64,000 nt of DNA from Clostridia bacterium (GCA_017501645.1 JAFVWN010000060.1:13048-77047); one strand, 5' to 3'; positions 17,879 through 25,590 are shown, counted from the stretch's first letter. Made by a program: numbers and translations. The notes: a model not told the origin generated them from the letters alone.

Positions 17879-18615
17879 TATTCCTTCTCCGGTTCGTCAG
17901 CGTTTATTTGTTTTATGTTTTTTAGTTGGCTTGGTTCGACAACAACTTCTGCTTCTTGCATATTGCTGAAAAAAGCAAGAATATTTTTTTTGTCTATTTC
18001 TGCCTCAAAGACATATCCAGTGCAAAAATATCTATTTGCAAACTTTTCAGCCACCTTTTTGCTTAGAGTCCAAGATAAAGCATTGATATGCTCCTTTTTG
18101 ACAGATGATGTACCTCTATATATTTTAATAGGAGTTTTCATTTTTGAATAAACTTCATAATCATTCTCACCCATTAAAGTTTCTTTGTCTGCATATTTAA
18201 ACATTTTTATCATTTCAGCTTTTGTAACATTAGGGTTTGAGTTTGGAAATTCTGTATTTGTATAAGCGTCTGCTAAAAGTTTAGAAAACATTTGTTTTGA
18301 AACAGAATTTTTAATTATGCCTAAAAAGAATAATCTATAGTTTGGGTCTACAAGAGTGAAGACCTCTTCAATAGAATTGCAACTATCTATAATATCTTTT
18401 GTCATTTGTTGCCAAACTCTTAGATTTTCTCTGCTTGTTGTAATATCTAGATATTCAAAGGAAGAATTATCATCACTAGACTTATAAGGCACAATTCCAC
18501 TTTTTGTAAAAGGGTGGCTTACTATCATTGGTGAATAGTCGGTTAAAATTGGAGAAAAATCTGCAACTGCCTTTGCGTGACTTTTAACTAAAAGTAATGA
18601 ATCTTTATTTTCCAT
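17878..18615 (-). CDS. hypothetical protein whose C-terminal region has an R / S-x-T / E-x-E pattern reminiscent of ADP-ribosyltransferases
   Basis: 245 aa from the ATG at 18615 (RBS AAAGGAG). The ORF-track start at 18696 lacks an RBS. Motifs: IYRGTS (R167), LSWTLS (S181, T183), QEAEVVV (E221, E223). Confidence 0.4.
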   Translation of the reverse strand: MENKDSLLLVKSHAKAVADFSPILTDYSPMIVSHPFTKSGIVPYKSSDDNSSFEYLDITTSRENLRVWQQMTKDIIDSCNSIEEVFTLVDPNYRLFFLGIIKNSVSKQMFSKLLADAYTNTEFPNSNPNVTKAEMIKMFKYADKETLMGENDYEVYSKMKTPIKIYRGTSSVKKEHINALSWTLSKKVAEKFANRYFCTGYVFEAEIDKKNILAFFSNMQEAEVVVEPSQLKNIKQINADEPEKE

Positions 18616-18637
18616 ATTGTTACTCCTTTGCTCTGTT

Positions 18638-18666
18638 ATTTTAACATAAGTTTTTACTTTAGTAAA
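18638..18666 (-). promoter_or_regulatory. candidate promoter of the ART-like gene
   Basis: Minus strand TTTACT (18661-18666), 17 nt, TAAAAT (18638-18643). Confidence 0.45.
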
Positions 18667-18883
18667 GATATGACTTAGAAATTTGGCAAAAAGCAAAAAT
18701 GACTTGTATTTTGTTGTACAAATTTGGTTTTGTTTGATATAATAAAACTTGCTTTTTGAGAGGTATTATGGAAAATACAAAAGATAAAAAATACATTCTT
18801 TATGACAAAAAGTGATGATATGCTTAAAGACACTTTTCCTTATGAAGAACCTCAGTTAATAAAGAATTAAAAATTTGCAAAAT

Positions 18884-18912
18884 AAAAACCTCGCTTTTTG
18901 CGAGGCTTTTTT
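18884..18912. terminator. bidirectional terminator
   Basis: AAAACCTCGC-TTTTT-GCGAGGCTTTTTTT. Downstream of the 190-aa minus gene and of the plus-strand micro-ORFs. Confidence 0.7.
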
Positions 18913-19484
18913 TAGTTTTGATTTTCACTAATAATAGTTGCGAGGTTACTTATAATGAAGTTTTGGGCTTTATCTGTAAGTTTTACAGCACTTCTTACCT
19001 CTCCGGTAGATGGGTCAACAACTGATTCTTCAATAATTCCCACTTCTTGAGATTTTTCAGTAAGTCTTAATTCATTTACATTTTTTAAAACGGCAACTTT
19101 TTCTTCTGTTACATAACCATTACCAACAAGCCAGTTTTTGATAATTGATGCACCAAGATTTCTCATTTTACGGTTGGTTGATTCTTTGTTGATATTCATA
19201 ACCAAAGTTGAAATAGCTATTGGCTTTTGAGATATTTTTACATTTGCAATATTTACAAATTTGCTGTCAAATTTTGCAGGCCTAACAACTTGAATAACTT
19301 CGCCTTTGTTATTCAACACATCAGTTAAAATTGTTGAAGAAAAAGTAATAAGTTCTACAAGTTCTTCCCTCTTGAAAGTGTCAGCTGTGATTGCTGAGTT
19401 TGTTAATGGGTCAATCCCGTTTGATAGTGAATTTAAAAAAGAAATTGCTTTTTCTAATTTTTCAATTTTTTCCATATCGATCAT
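18912..19484 (-). CDS. hypothetical protein
   Basis: 190 aa with its own terminator. No motif I can assign. Confidence 0.65.
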   Translation of the reverse strand: MIDMEKIEKLEKAISFLNSLSNGIDPLTNSAITADTFKREELVELITFSSTILTDVLNNKGEVIQVVRPAKFDSKFVNIANVKISQKPIAISTLVMNINKESTNRKMRNLGASIIKNWLVGNGYVTEEKVAVLKNVNELRLTEKSQEVGIIEESVVDPSTGEVRSAVKLTDKAQNFIISNLATIISENQN

Positions 19485-19601
19485 AATATCACCCTCTCTC
19501 TTGCTTAATTATAACATACATTTTTTAACTAGTAAAGGGGTAATGTTTATTTTATATATTTTTTATTATTATATAATAAATGAGTGAGTTTTGATTGTTT
19601 T

Positions 19602-20261
19602 TTAGTTGATTTTTTGATAGGTGTTGATTTTACTTACGAAATTGCAAAGGATTTTTATTAATTTTAGGTGTTTTACAAAGCTGTGTTCAACACCAGAAAT
19701 ATTTGAGTTGATTTCAACTTGAATTGTCCAAATGTGTGGAAATTCAGTCTTTAGAGAGCCTGAAATTGTCCTTTTCCCTCCATTAAACGGAAAGTCGATT
19801 CTTGTCTTAAATCCTTGCTTTTTAAGCTCTTTTTTTAAGGCTCTATATAAAGGTTTATTGCTTTTAATATTTTTCTTAAAATTAGTGCCTAGATTTACTT
19901 CACATTTTCTTTTTTTACTAAGACTATGAAAGTCTAAAATATACCTAATTTTATTATCATTAATTAGTTTTTTGATAGTATTTTTGTAATTACTTTCTTT
20001 ATCAAAATTTGGGTCATCATTATTGTTTTTAGTTTTTGAAATAAAGTGGCAGTTTGTTGATTTATGAATTAAAAGAGCTGTTTTTAAAGCTCCTATTTCT
20101 GGGGCTTTATACTTACCTTTTCTGGTTTGAAAAACGCTATGAGGAGAAGAGACCAAAACCTCACCTTGTCCTTCAACATAAATATGGTCAAGAGTTTTAT
20201 TTTGCTCTAAAAATGATTTTACTAAATTTTCTAATTCATTATAATTATATTCTGTTTCCAT
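19602..20261 (-). CDS. N-formylglutamate amidohydrolase / poly-gamma-glutamate hydrolase-like zinc amidohydrolase
   Basis: 219 aa. The VSSPHS, NNNDDPNFD and LDFHS motif order resembles the FGase (PF05013-type) fold. Confidence 0.5.
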   Translation of the reverse strand: METEYNYNELENLVKSFLEQNKTLDHIYVEGQGEVLVSSPHSVFQTRKGKYKAPEIGALKTALLIHKSTNCHFISKTKNNNDDPNFDKESNYKNTIKKLINDNKIRYILDFHSLSKKRKCEVNLGTNFKKNIKSNKPLYRALKKELKKQGFKTRIDFPFNGGKRTISGSLKTEFPHIWTIQVEINSNISGVEHSFVKHLKLIKILCNFVSKINTYQKIN

Positions 20262-20316
20262 ACATCTATTATATCATATTATTATGATTATTGTATCAAA
20301 TTAATTAAAAATAAAT

Positions 20317-20352
20317 AAATATCCACCAGCCTAGCTGGTGGATATTTATTTT
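20317..20352. terminator. terminator of the tRNA operon (bidirectional hairpin)
   Basis: ATATCCACCAGC-CTA-GCTGGTGGATAT with flanking A/T runs. Confidence 0.7.
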
Positions 20353-20406
20353 GACACAAAATTTGACACAAAATTTTATACTAAAATCGAAACTTTTTTG
20401 TGTCAA
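20351..20406. repeat. three copies of the 12-mer TTGACACAAAAT (two tandem, one inverted)
   Basis: 20351-20362 and 20363-20374 are identical and tandem. 20395-20406 is the inverted copy (TTTTTGTGTCAA). Confidence 0.8.
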
Positions 20407-20488
20407 CCTATAATTTTAGGATTAAATATACAACAAAAAGAAAAGTGGCTCAATGCTAGATATTTCCCAGGATTGAACCACTTATTCT

Positions 20489-20576
20489 TGGTGCCGTTGA
20501 CCGGACTTGAACCGGTACGACCTTGTGAGTCGAGGGATTTTAAGTCCCTTGCGTCTGCCTATTCCGCCACAACGGC
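20489..20576 (-). tRNA. tRNA-Leu (anticodon UAA), class II with long variable arm
   Basis: rc: GCCGTTG acceptor, anticodon loop CTTAAAA, long variable arm, GGTTCAAGTCC T-arm, ACCA end. Confidence 0.92.
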
Positions 20577-20583
20577 ATAATTT

Positions 20584-20658
20584 TGGAGGCACCACCCAGA
20601 TTTGAACTGGGGCGTAAAAGTTTTGCAGACTTCTGCCTTACCGCTTGGCTATGGTGCC
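20584..20658 (-). tRNA. tRNA-Cys (anticodon GCA)
   Basis: rc: GGCACCA acceptor, anticodon loop CTGCAAA, AGTTCAAATCT T-loop, discriminator U, CCA. Confidence 0.92.
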
Positions 20659-20697
20659 AGATATGAATAAAGGCAAGTATTACTACCTGCCTCAATG

Positions 20698-20772
20698 TGG
20701 AGCGGGAAACGAGATTCGAACTCGCGACATTTGCCTTGGCAAGGCAACGCTCTACCACTGAGCCATTCCCGC
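20698..20772 (-). tRNA. tRNA-Gly (anticodon GCC)
   Basis: rc: GCGGGAA acceptor, anticodon stem TTGCC/GGCAA with loop TTGCCAA, GTTCGAATC T-loop, UCCA end. Confidence 0.92.
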
Positions 20773-20809
20773 ATTTTGCCTTAGCTTGCTCCACTAAGGC
20801 TTATTAAGT

Positions 20810-20885
20810 TGGTGGGAATTGTAGGGCTCGAACCTACGACCGCCTGCTTGTAAGGCAGATGCTCTCCCAGCTGAGCTAAACTCCC
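20810..20885 (-). tRNA. tRNA-Val (anticodon UAC)
   Basis: rc: GGGAGTT acceptor, AGCTCAGCTGGGAGAGC D-arm, anticodon loop CTTACAA, GGTTCGAGCCC T-arm, ACCA end. Confidence 0.92.
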
Positions 20886-20917
20886 ATTATCACTCCCCTT
20901 CGGGTTGCGACTCATAT

Positions 20918-20946
20918 ATAATATCAAATCTTTTTATGTTTTGCAA
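20918..20946 (-). promoter_or_regulatory. candidate promoter of the tRNA Val-Gly-Cys-Leu operon
   Basis: Minus strand TTGCAA (20941-20946), 17 nt, TATTAT (20918-20923). Confidence 0.55.
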
Positions 20947-21068
20947 GTGTTTTTATAATATTTTTTATTTTTTTTTACTTTTTATACTTTTCTTTATAAT
21001 TTGAGTATTGAAATAATTACTTTTATGTAATATAATATACACATATAAAAAGCACTTGGAGGTGTTTT

Positions 21069-21566
21069 ATGGCAAGAGTTTTTGAAGAGATTAGAATATA
21101 TGATATAGATTCTAAAAGTAAAGATGGGTCAAATAAAAAAACTAAATATATTGAATTTGTTTATGAGTCTGGTAAAATTAAGGATTTTGTGAAAAAATAT
21201 ATTATTGCAGATTACGGCACATATCATTCTTATATGAGAGACGGAAAGTTCGCAAATTCTTTTGATAACTATTATGATTTTGTTACAGCATTACAAGATG
21301 TCAAAGTTGATGAAGAGTCTGGGAAAATTAAAGTTTATCATATGAAACCAATAGATTACGGATATGTTCAAGATAAAAAAAGTCCATTGTTTGTTGCTCA
21401 AGCGTTTGAAGGTGGAATCAATGGTGTTATAGAACTTGCAAAAGAACTTTATAACAAAAAAGGTTGGGATGAAGAAACCAGAAAAGGTAATCAAACAGTA
21501 TTCACAGAAACTTGTAAAAACATTATTGAATTAAAAGAACAAGCAGAAGATGAACCTAACGCGTAA
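21069..21566 (+). CDS. hypothetical protein
   Basis: 165 aa, RBS GGAGGTG, followed by a hairpin terminator at about 21575-21610. Confidence 0.65.
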   Translation: MARVFEEIRIYDIDSKSKDGSNKKTKYIEFVYESGKIKDFVKKYIIADYGTYHSYMRDGKFANSFDNYYDFVTALQDVKVDEESGKIKVYHMKPIDYGYVQDKKSPLFVAQAFEGGINGVIELAKELYNKKGWDEETRKGNQTVFTETCKNIIELKEQAEDEPNA

Positions 21567-21634
21567 ACAAACGAAAAAGAAACCTAAAATTTAGGTTTCT
21601 TTTTTATTTTTCAAAATGATTTATAATTAAAATA

Positions 21635-22108
21635 TTACTTTTTATCGTTTTCATTATCTAAAGCTGGGTGTGCCATAAGATAATCTTCGTCATCACTTTC
21701 AATAACAGAAAAGCCAAATTTTTTATATAGATTAAAAGCTTTTGTGTTGGATTTTTCTACATTAAGGGATAATTGTTTTTCTGGCATCGTGGTTTTATAA
21801 TAATTGATAATATTTGTCATCATTGCAGAAGCTATTCCCTGCCTTTGATAATCTTTATGCACAGATATATTTATAAGATATATGCTTCCTCCAAGTCTTT
21901 TTGAGTTTGGGTTCAAAGTGGCCTCTCCAACAAGAAGTTCGTTTTCATAGCATAAAAAATTATCATTATTTTCATAAAAAACTATTTCTTTTAAGCCTTC
22001 TTTAGAATATGGATCTCCAGCTGAATTTTGTTCAACATTGTATATTTATACAAATTCTTCATCTGTTACCGCATTTGCTTTAATGTGTTTGATTGTAAGA
22101 TTATTCAT
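21635..22108 (-). pseudogene. GNAT-family N-acetyltransferase interrupted by one in-frame TAA
   Basis: ATG at 22108 (RBS GGAGAG). Codon 21 is TAA (22046-22048). The same frame continues into ORF 21635-21916, which carries the GNAT motif A YQRQGIASAMM. Confidence 0.6.
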
Positions 22109-22259
22109 AATTTCTCTCCTTTTATAAGGATAAATGGCAGATTTTATTTTGTCAATTATATGAGTTATAAAATTTACAATAAATTGTGAGAAATGCACAT
22201 AAAATTTTCTGTACTTGTTTTTTATTGACTTTATAAAATAAAAGAAATAATATGAAGTT

Positions 22260-22775
22260 ATGGAAAAGATAACAATAGTAATTAATGGTGTTGGTGGCTG
22301 TGGAAAAGATACTCTTGTAGAGATTCTAGGCGGTTACCATAAAGTAAAAAACATTTCTTCAATCACTCCAATTAAAGAGATTGCTAAGCATTGTGGATGG
22401 AACGGAGAAAAGACAGATAAGGCAAGAAAATTCTTGTCTGATTTAAAGAAACTTTTAACTGAATATAATGAGTTCCCTATGCAGTATCTTCTTGCAGAGC
22501 AAGAAGAGTTTTTGCAAACAGACCAAGAGTTTTTGTTTGTACATATTCGTGAACCACACGAGATTGAGAAGTTTAAAAATTCCTCAAAAACAAAAACTTA
22601 TGCTCTTCTTATAACTCCAAGAGCAGACCTTCAAAACAAAGTTTACGGAAATAAATCGGATGACGAAGTAAATAATTATGATTATGATTTCACTTTTGCA
22701 AATGATAAACCATTGGATATAATTGAAAAAGAATGGATTGAATTTGTAGAAAATCAAATTATGACAAGTTTATAA
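22260..22775 (+). CDS. P-loop kinase-like protein (dNMP-kinase-like)
   Basis: 171 aa with GVGGCGKDT Walker A near the N-terminus. Size and layout are like small (d)NMP kinases. Confidence 0.45.
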   Translation: MEKITIVINGVGGCGKDTLVEILGGYHKVKNISSITPIKEIAKHCGWNGEKTDKARKFLSDLKKLLTEYNEFPMQYLLAEQEEFLQTDQEFLFVHIREPHEIEKFKNSSKTKTYALLITPRADLQNKVYGNKSDDEVNNYDYDFTFANDKPLDIIEKEWIEFVENQIMTSL

Positions 22776-22818
22776 ACATAAAAAATGACTTAACTTAGGT
22801 TAAGTCATTTTTTGTTTA

Positions 22819-25590
22819 CTAATTATTTTTTATAAGTTTAATAGTTGCAGTTGCGTTTCCGTAACTGTCAGTTGTAATATCTGTTACCTCAAAACTCCAA
22901 CCAAGAGATGTGCCATCATCAAGATTACCATCTGCATTGTAGAATTGAGATTTATATGTTTCCATATCAAATGAGTCGCCTTCATCAAACAAGTAGTCTT
23001 GCTTATCAAGTGCTGTAAGAGACCTATACTCACACTCGGCATCATTTCTTATAAAATGAACAAGGTCATAGTTGCTCTCTAATGAATTATTTGTATTGTG
23101 ATGCCTATTTGTAGAACTATCTATTTCTGCATTTATATGCCAAAGTCTAATACCTACCAAATTTGGTATTTTAAGTTCATTTGCATCATATTGATTTAGT
23201 CCAGTAGCAGTAAACAGTTCAAGTAGAATATATTCATCAAATATTTGTTTTTCGCTATCCCAACTAGGTGTTAGTAGTATAAGCTCTCCACTTGATTGAA
23301 AATCGTTGATAGTTATAGTTATTTCATTTGAAAGAGTGTTGTCGCTACTATCAAAAACATAAGGATTTGCCCAGCCCATAGCCATCATATTATATGGGTC
23401 GTGACCACCAGTTTTGCCTGATTGCATACTAAATCCACCTGCTGGTTCGCTTTTCATTGATGTGTCATATATGTCTAGAATACCAATAGAGTGAGCAAAT
23501 TCGTGAATAATTGTGTCTGCTTTTATTCCGTGAATTGTAGATAGATCGTTTTTGGTAAGTTGGCTATATACATTTGGTGATAGTCCATTTATTCCATATG
23601 GATCTAAAGCCGAAATCCAACTGAAACTAGAGCGAGAGATGTAGTTGTCAGTTGTGTCACCTACTTTTCTACACCAGCCAGAAGCTACAGCATATCCATT
23701 TCTAAAACAGTGATAATTAGAGCCATAGAAAACCATAATATGGTCTATTTTACCATCATGATTTGCGTCATAATCTGCTCTTGTTTCATTTGTCCCACTT
23801 TCGTCAAAATACCACTTTACAGCATTTATAGTAAGTGTTGTAATGGCAGAGTCTTTATCGCTATAGTCGGTAGATTTTGTATTAGATTCATACCAAGGGG
23901 TTACTTTGCCACTTATTTTTAGGTTACCCCAAGACTCTTCCAAATAATATGTTCTAAGGCTACGGAAAGTAAGGTCTTCATTTTCTCTAAAAAGAGCGGT
24001 ATTTAAGTCTTCAATTATTTGTTCTCTTTGAGTTTTGTTATTGCTATCTTTAATGGTATCATCTGTACTAATAAATTCATTTGAATCTGTAAACCAAATA
24101 GGTATTGCAAGGATTTTTGCCTCACCTTCATAAGGTGTTGTTACATATCCATTTTCTTGCCAATATTTTTGATAATTTTGAGTAATTTCTGTCTTTGTAA
24201 AGTCTGCAGTTTTATTAACTTCAACATCATAAGTTACTTGCTTAGTCACACCTCTATATTCATAAGAAAGTGTCACTTTTTTAATGTTTTCATCTGCAGT
24301 ATTGGAAATTTGAATAGATAAGTTATCTTTACCGTTTATTGCCTCAGGATTTCCTACACTATAAATAGCATATATTTTACCATTTATATAAACATTATTG
24401 TCTACTATAGTAAATGCATCTGCACCCATAGGAACAACTAAGCCTGTTAGCTCTTTTTCATTACAAACAGAAACATTTATTTTGAACTCATATGAAGTTA
24501 TGTTTTCCTCTGCTGATGGGGTGTCCCAATTGTATGTGAAAGTTATTACACTGTCTGCCACTATTCCAAGAGATTTTATTCTCCACTCCCAACCAAAAAC
24601 AGTAGACCCTGTTTTTACTTCTATATCATTATTAGAGTTTACTAGTGTATAAGCAGAGCTATATGATCCTAGTTCTGTACCATTAAAATAGAACTTAAGA
24701 GGAACAACATTAGTATCTGTCTTTTCTATATAGATAGTTCCATTATTTTTAATAGGAGTCATATCATTGCCATAATAAACTTCTATAACTTCATCACTAT
24801 CTAATGTTTCAACAGCTTCACAGACTAGCTGTTTAATTAATTCGCCACTCTTGTCTTTTATTAAGATATAAAACTTAACAGGAAACAAGAAATCAAACTC
24901 ATCTATAATTCTAAAGTATGTTTTGTCCTCATCAATCTTAAATTCTATATTATCTTTATGATACTCATCATCACTGTTTTGATAAAACACATCATATTCT
25001 TCGAAACCATCTACTATAACGGTTGGCATTTGGTAGAACCTATGAGCAAGAGGAACTTTTAGTTCATAATCAATACCATATTGATTAGACTTTTTAACTT
25101 CTACATCACTGTTATTTGCAACCAACGACACAAAAGCTCTTTCAGTAATTGTAATATATATTTTCTTTGTCTCTATTGCTTTTGTGGAGCCATTTTTTTG
25201 TAGCTTTATAGTAAGTTGTGGGTTGGCATAAGTTGGAGCATCAGAGATAATAGAAATAACTTTGTTTTCTATACTTGCATAATTATTTCCACTAGAATTC
25301 CAAGAATAAATAATACTATAATCTTCACCTGTATAATCTCCAAGATCTACATTAAGTGTATATGATTCTCCTTGAGCAATAGTTATTTCATAGCGACTAT
25401 TTGCTTCGCTATAAACCAGTTGACTGTCAGTTGTGATATTTAAACTTGGTATAGATGTTTCAGGTGGAATATCTTCGTTATCTGGAGATAGATTGTCGAA
25501 AAAGCAACCTGAAAGGAATGTCGGTATAAAAAGGCAAAACGCCAACATTAAGGCTAAAAGTTTATTTTTAATTAAGGATTTTGTTTTCAT
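22819..25590 (-). CDS. large lipoprotein with C-terminal M6-like (immune inhibitor A-type) zinc metalloprotease domain
   Basis: 923 aa. Signal peptide with lipobox LSGC (Cys29). HEFAHSIGILDIYD resembles the M6 HExxHxxGxxDxY motif. Confidence 0.6.
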   Translation of the reverse strand: MKTKSLIKNKLLALMLAFCLFIPTFLSGCFFDNLSPDNEDIPPETSIPSLNITTDSQLVYSEANSRYEITIAQGESYTLNVDLGDYTGEDYSIIYSWNSSGNNYASIENKVISIISDAPTYANPQLTIKLQKNGSTKAIETKKIYITITERAFVSLVANNSDVEVKKSNQYGIDYELKVPLAHRFYQMPTVIVDGFEEYDVFYQNSDDEYHKDNIEFKIDEDKTYFRIIDEFDFLFPVKFYILIKDKSGELIKQLVCEAVETLDSDEVIEVYYGNDMTPIKNNGTIYIEKTDTNVVPLKFYFNGTELGSYSSAYTLVNSNNDIEVKTGSTVFGWEWRIKSLGIVADSVITFTYNWDTPSAEENITSYEFKINVSVCNEKELTGLVVPMGADAFTIVDNNVYINGKIYAIYSVGNPEAINGKDNLSIQISNTADENIKKVTLSYEYRGVTKQVTYDVEVNKTADFTKTEITQNYQKYWQENGYVTTPYEGEAKILAIPIWFTDSNEFISTDDTIKDSNNKTQREQIIEDLNTALFRENEDLTFRSLRTYYLEESWGNLKISGKVTPWYESNTKSTDYSDKDSAITTLTINAVKWYFDESGTNETRADYDANHDGKIDHIMVFYGSNYHCFRNGYAVASGWCRKVGDTTDNYISRSSFSWISALDPYGINGLSPNVYSQLTKNDLSTIHGIKADTIIHEFAHSIGILDIYDTSMKSEPAGGFSMQSGKTGGHDPYNMMAMGWANPYVFDSSDNTLSNEITITINDFQSSGELILLTPSWDSEKQIFDEYILLELFTATGLNQYDANELKIPNLVGIRLWHINAEIDSSTNRHHNTNNSLESNYDLVHFIRNDAECEYRSLTALDKQDYLFDEGDSFDMETYKSQFYNADGNLDDGTSLGWSFEVTDITTDSYGNATATIKLIKNN

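Noticed and set aside
20338-20794. ORFs 20338-20580 (+) and 20540-20794 (-)
   Set aside because: They run through tRNA-Leu, tRNA-Cys and tRNA-Gly genes, so they are artefacts of ORF calling.
22046-22048. Could the in-frame TAA in the GNAT gene indicate stop-codon reassignment?
   Set aside because: TAA terminates many conserved genes at their expected ends in this window, for example lexA and rpmB. A nonsense mutation or sequencing error is the simpler explanation.
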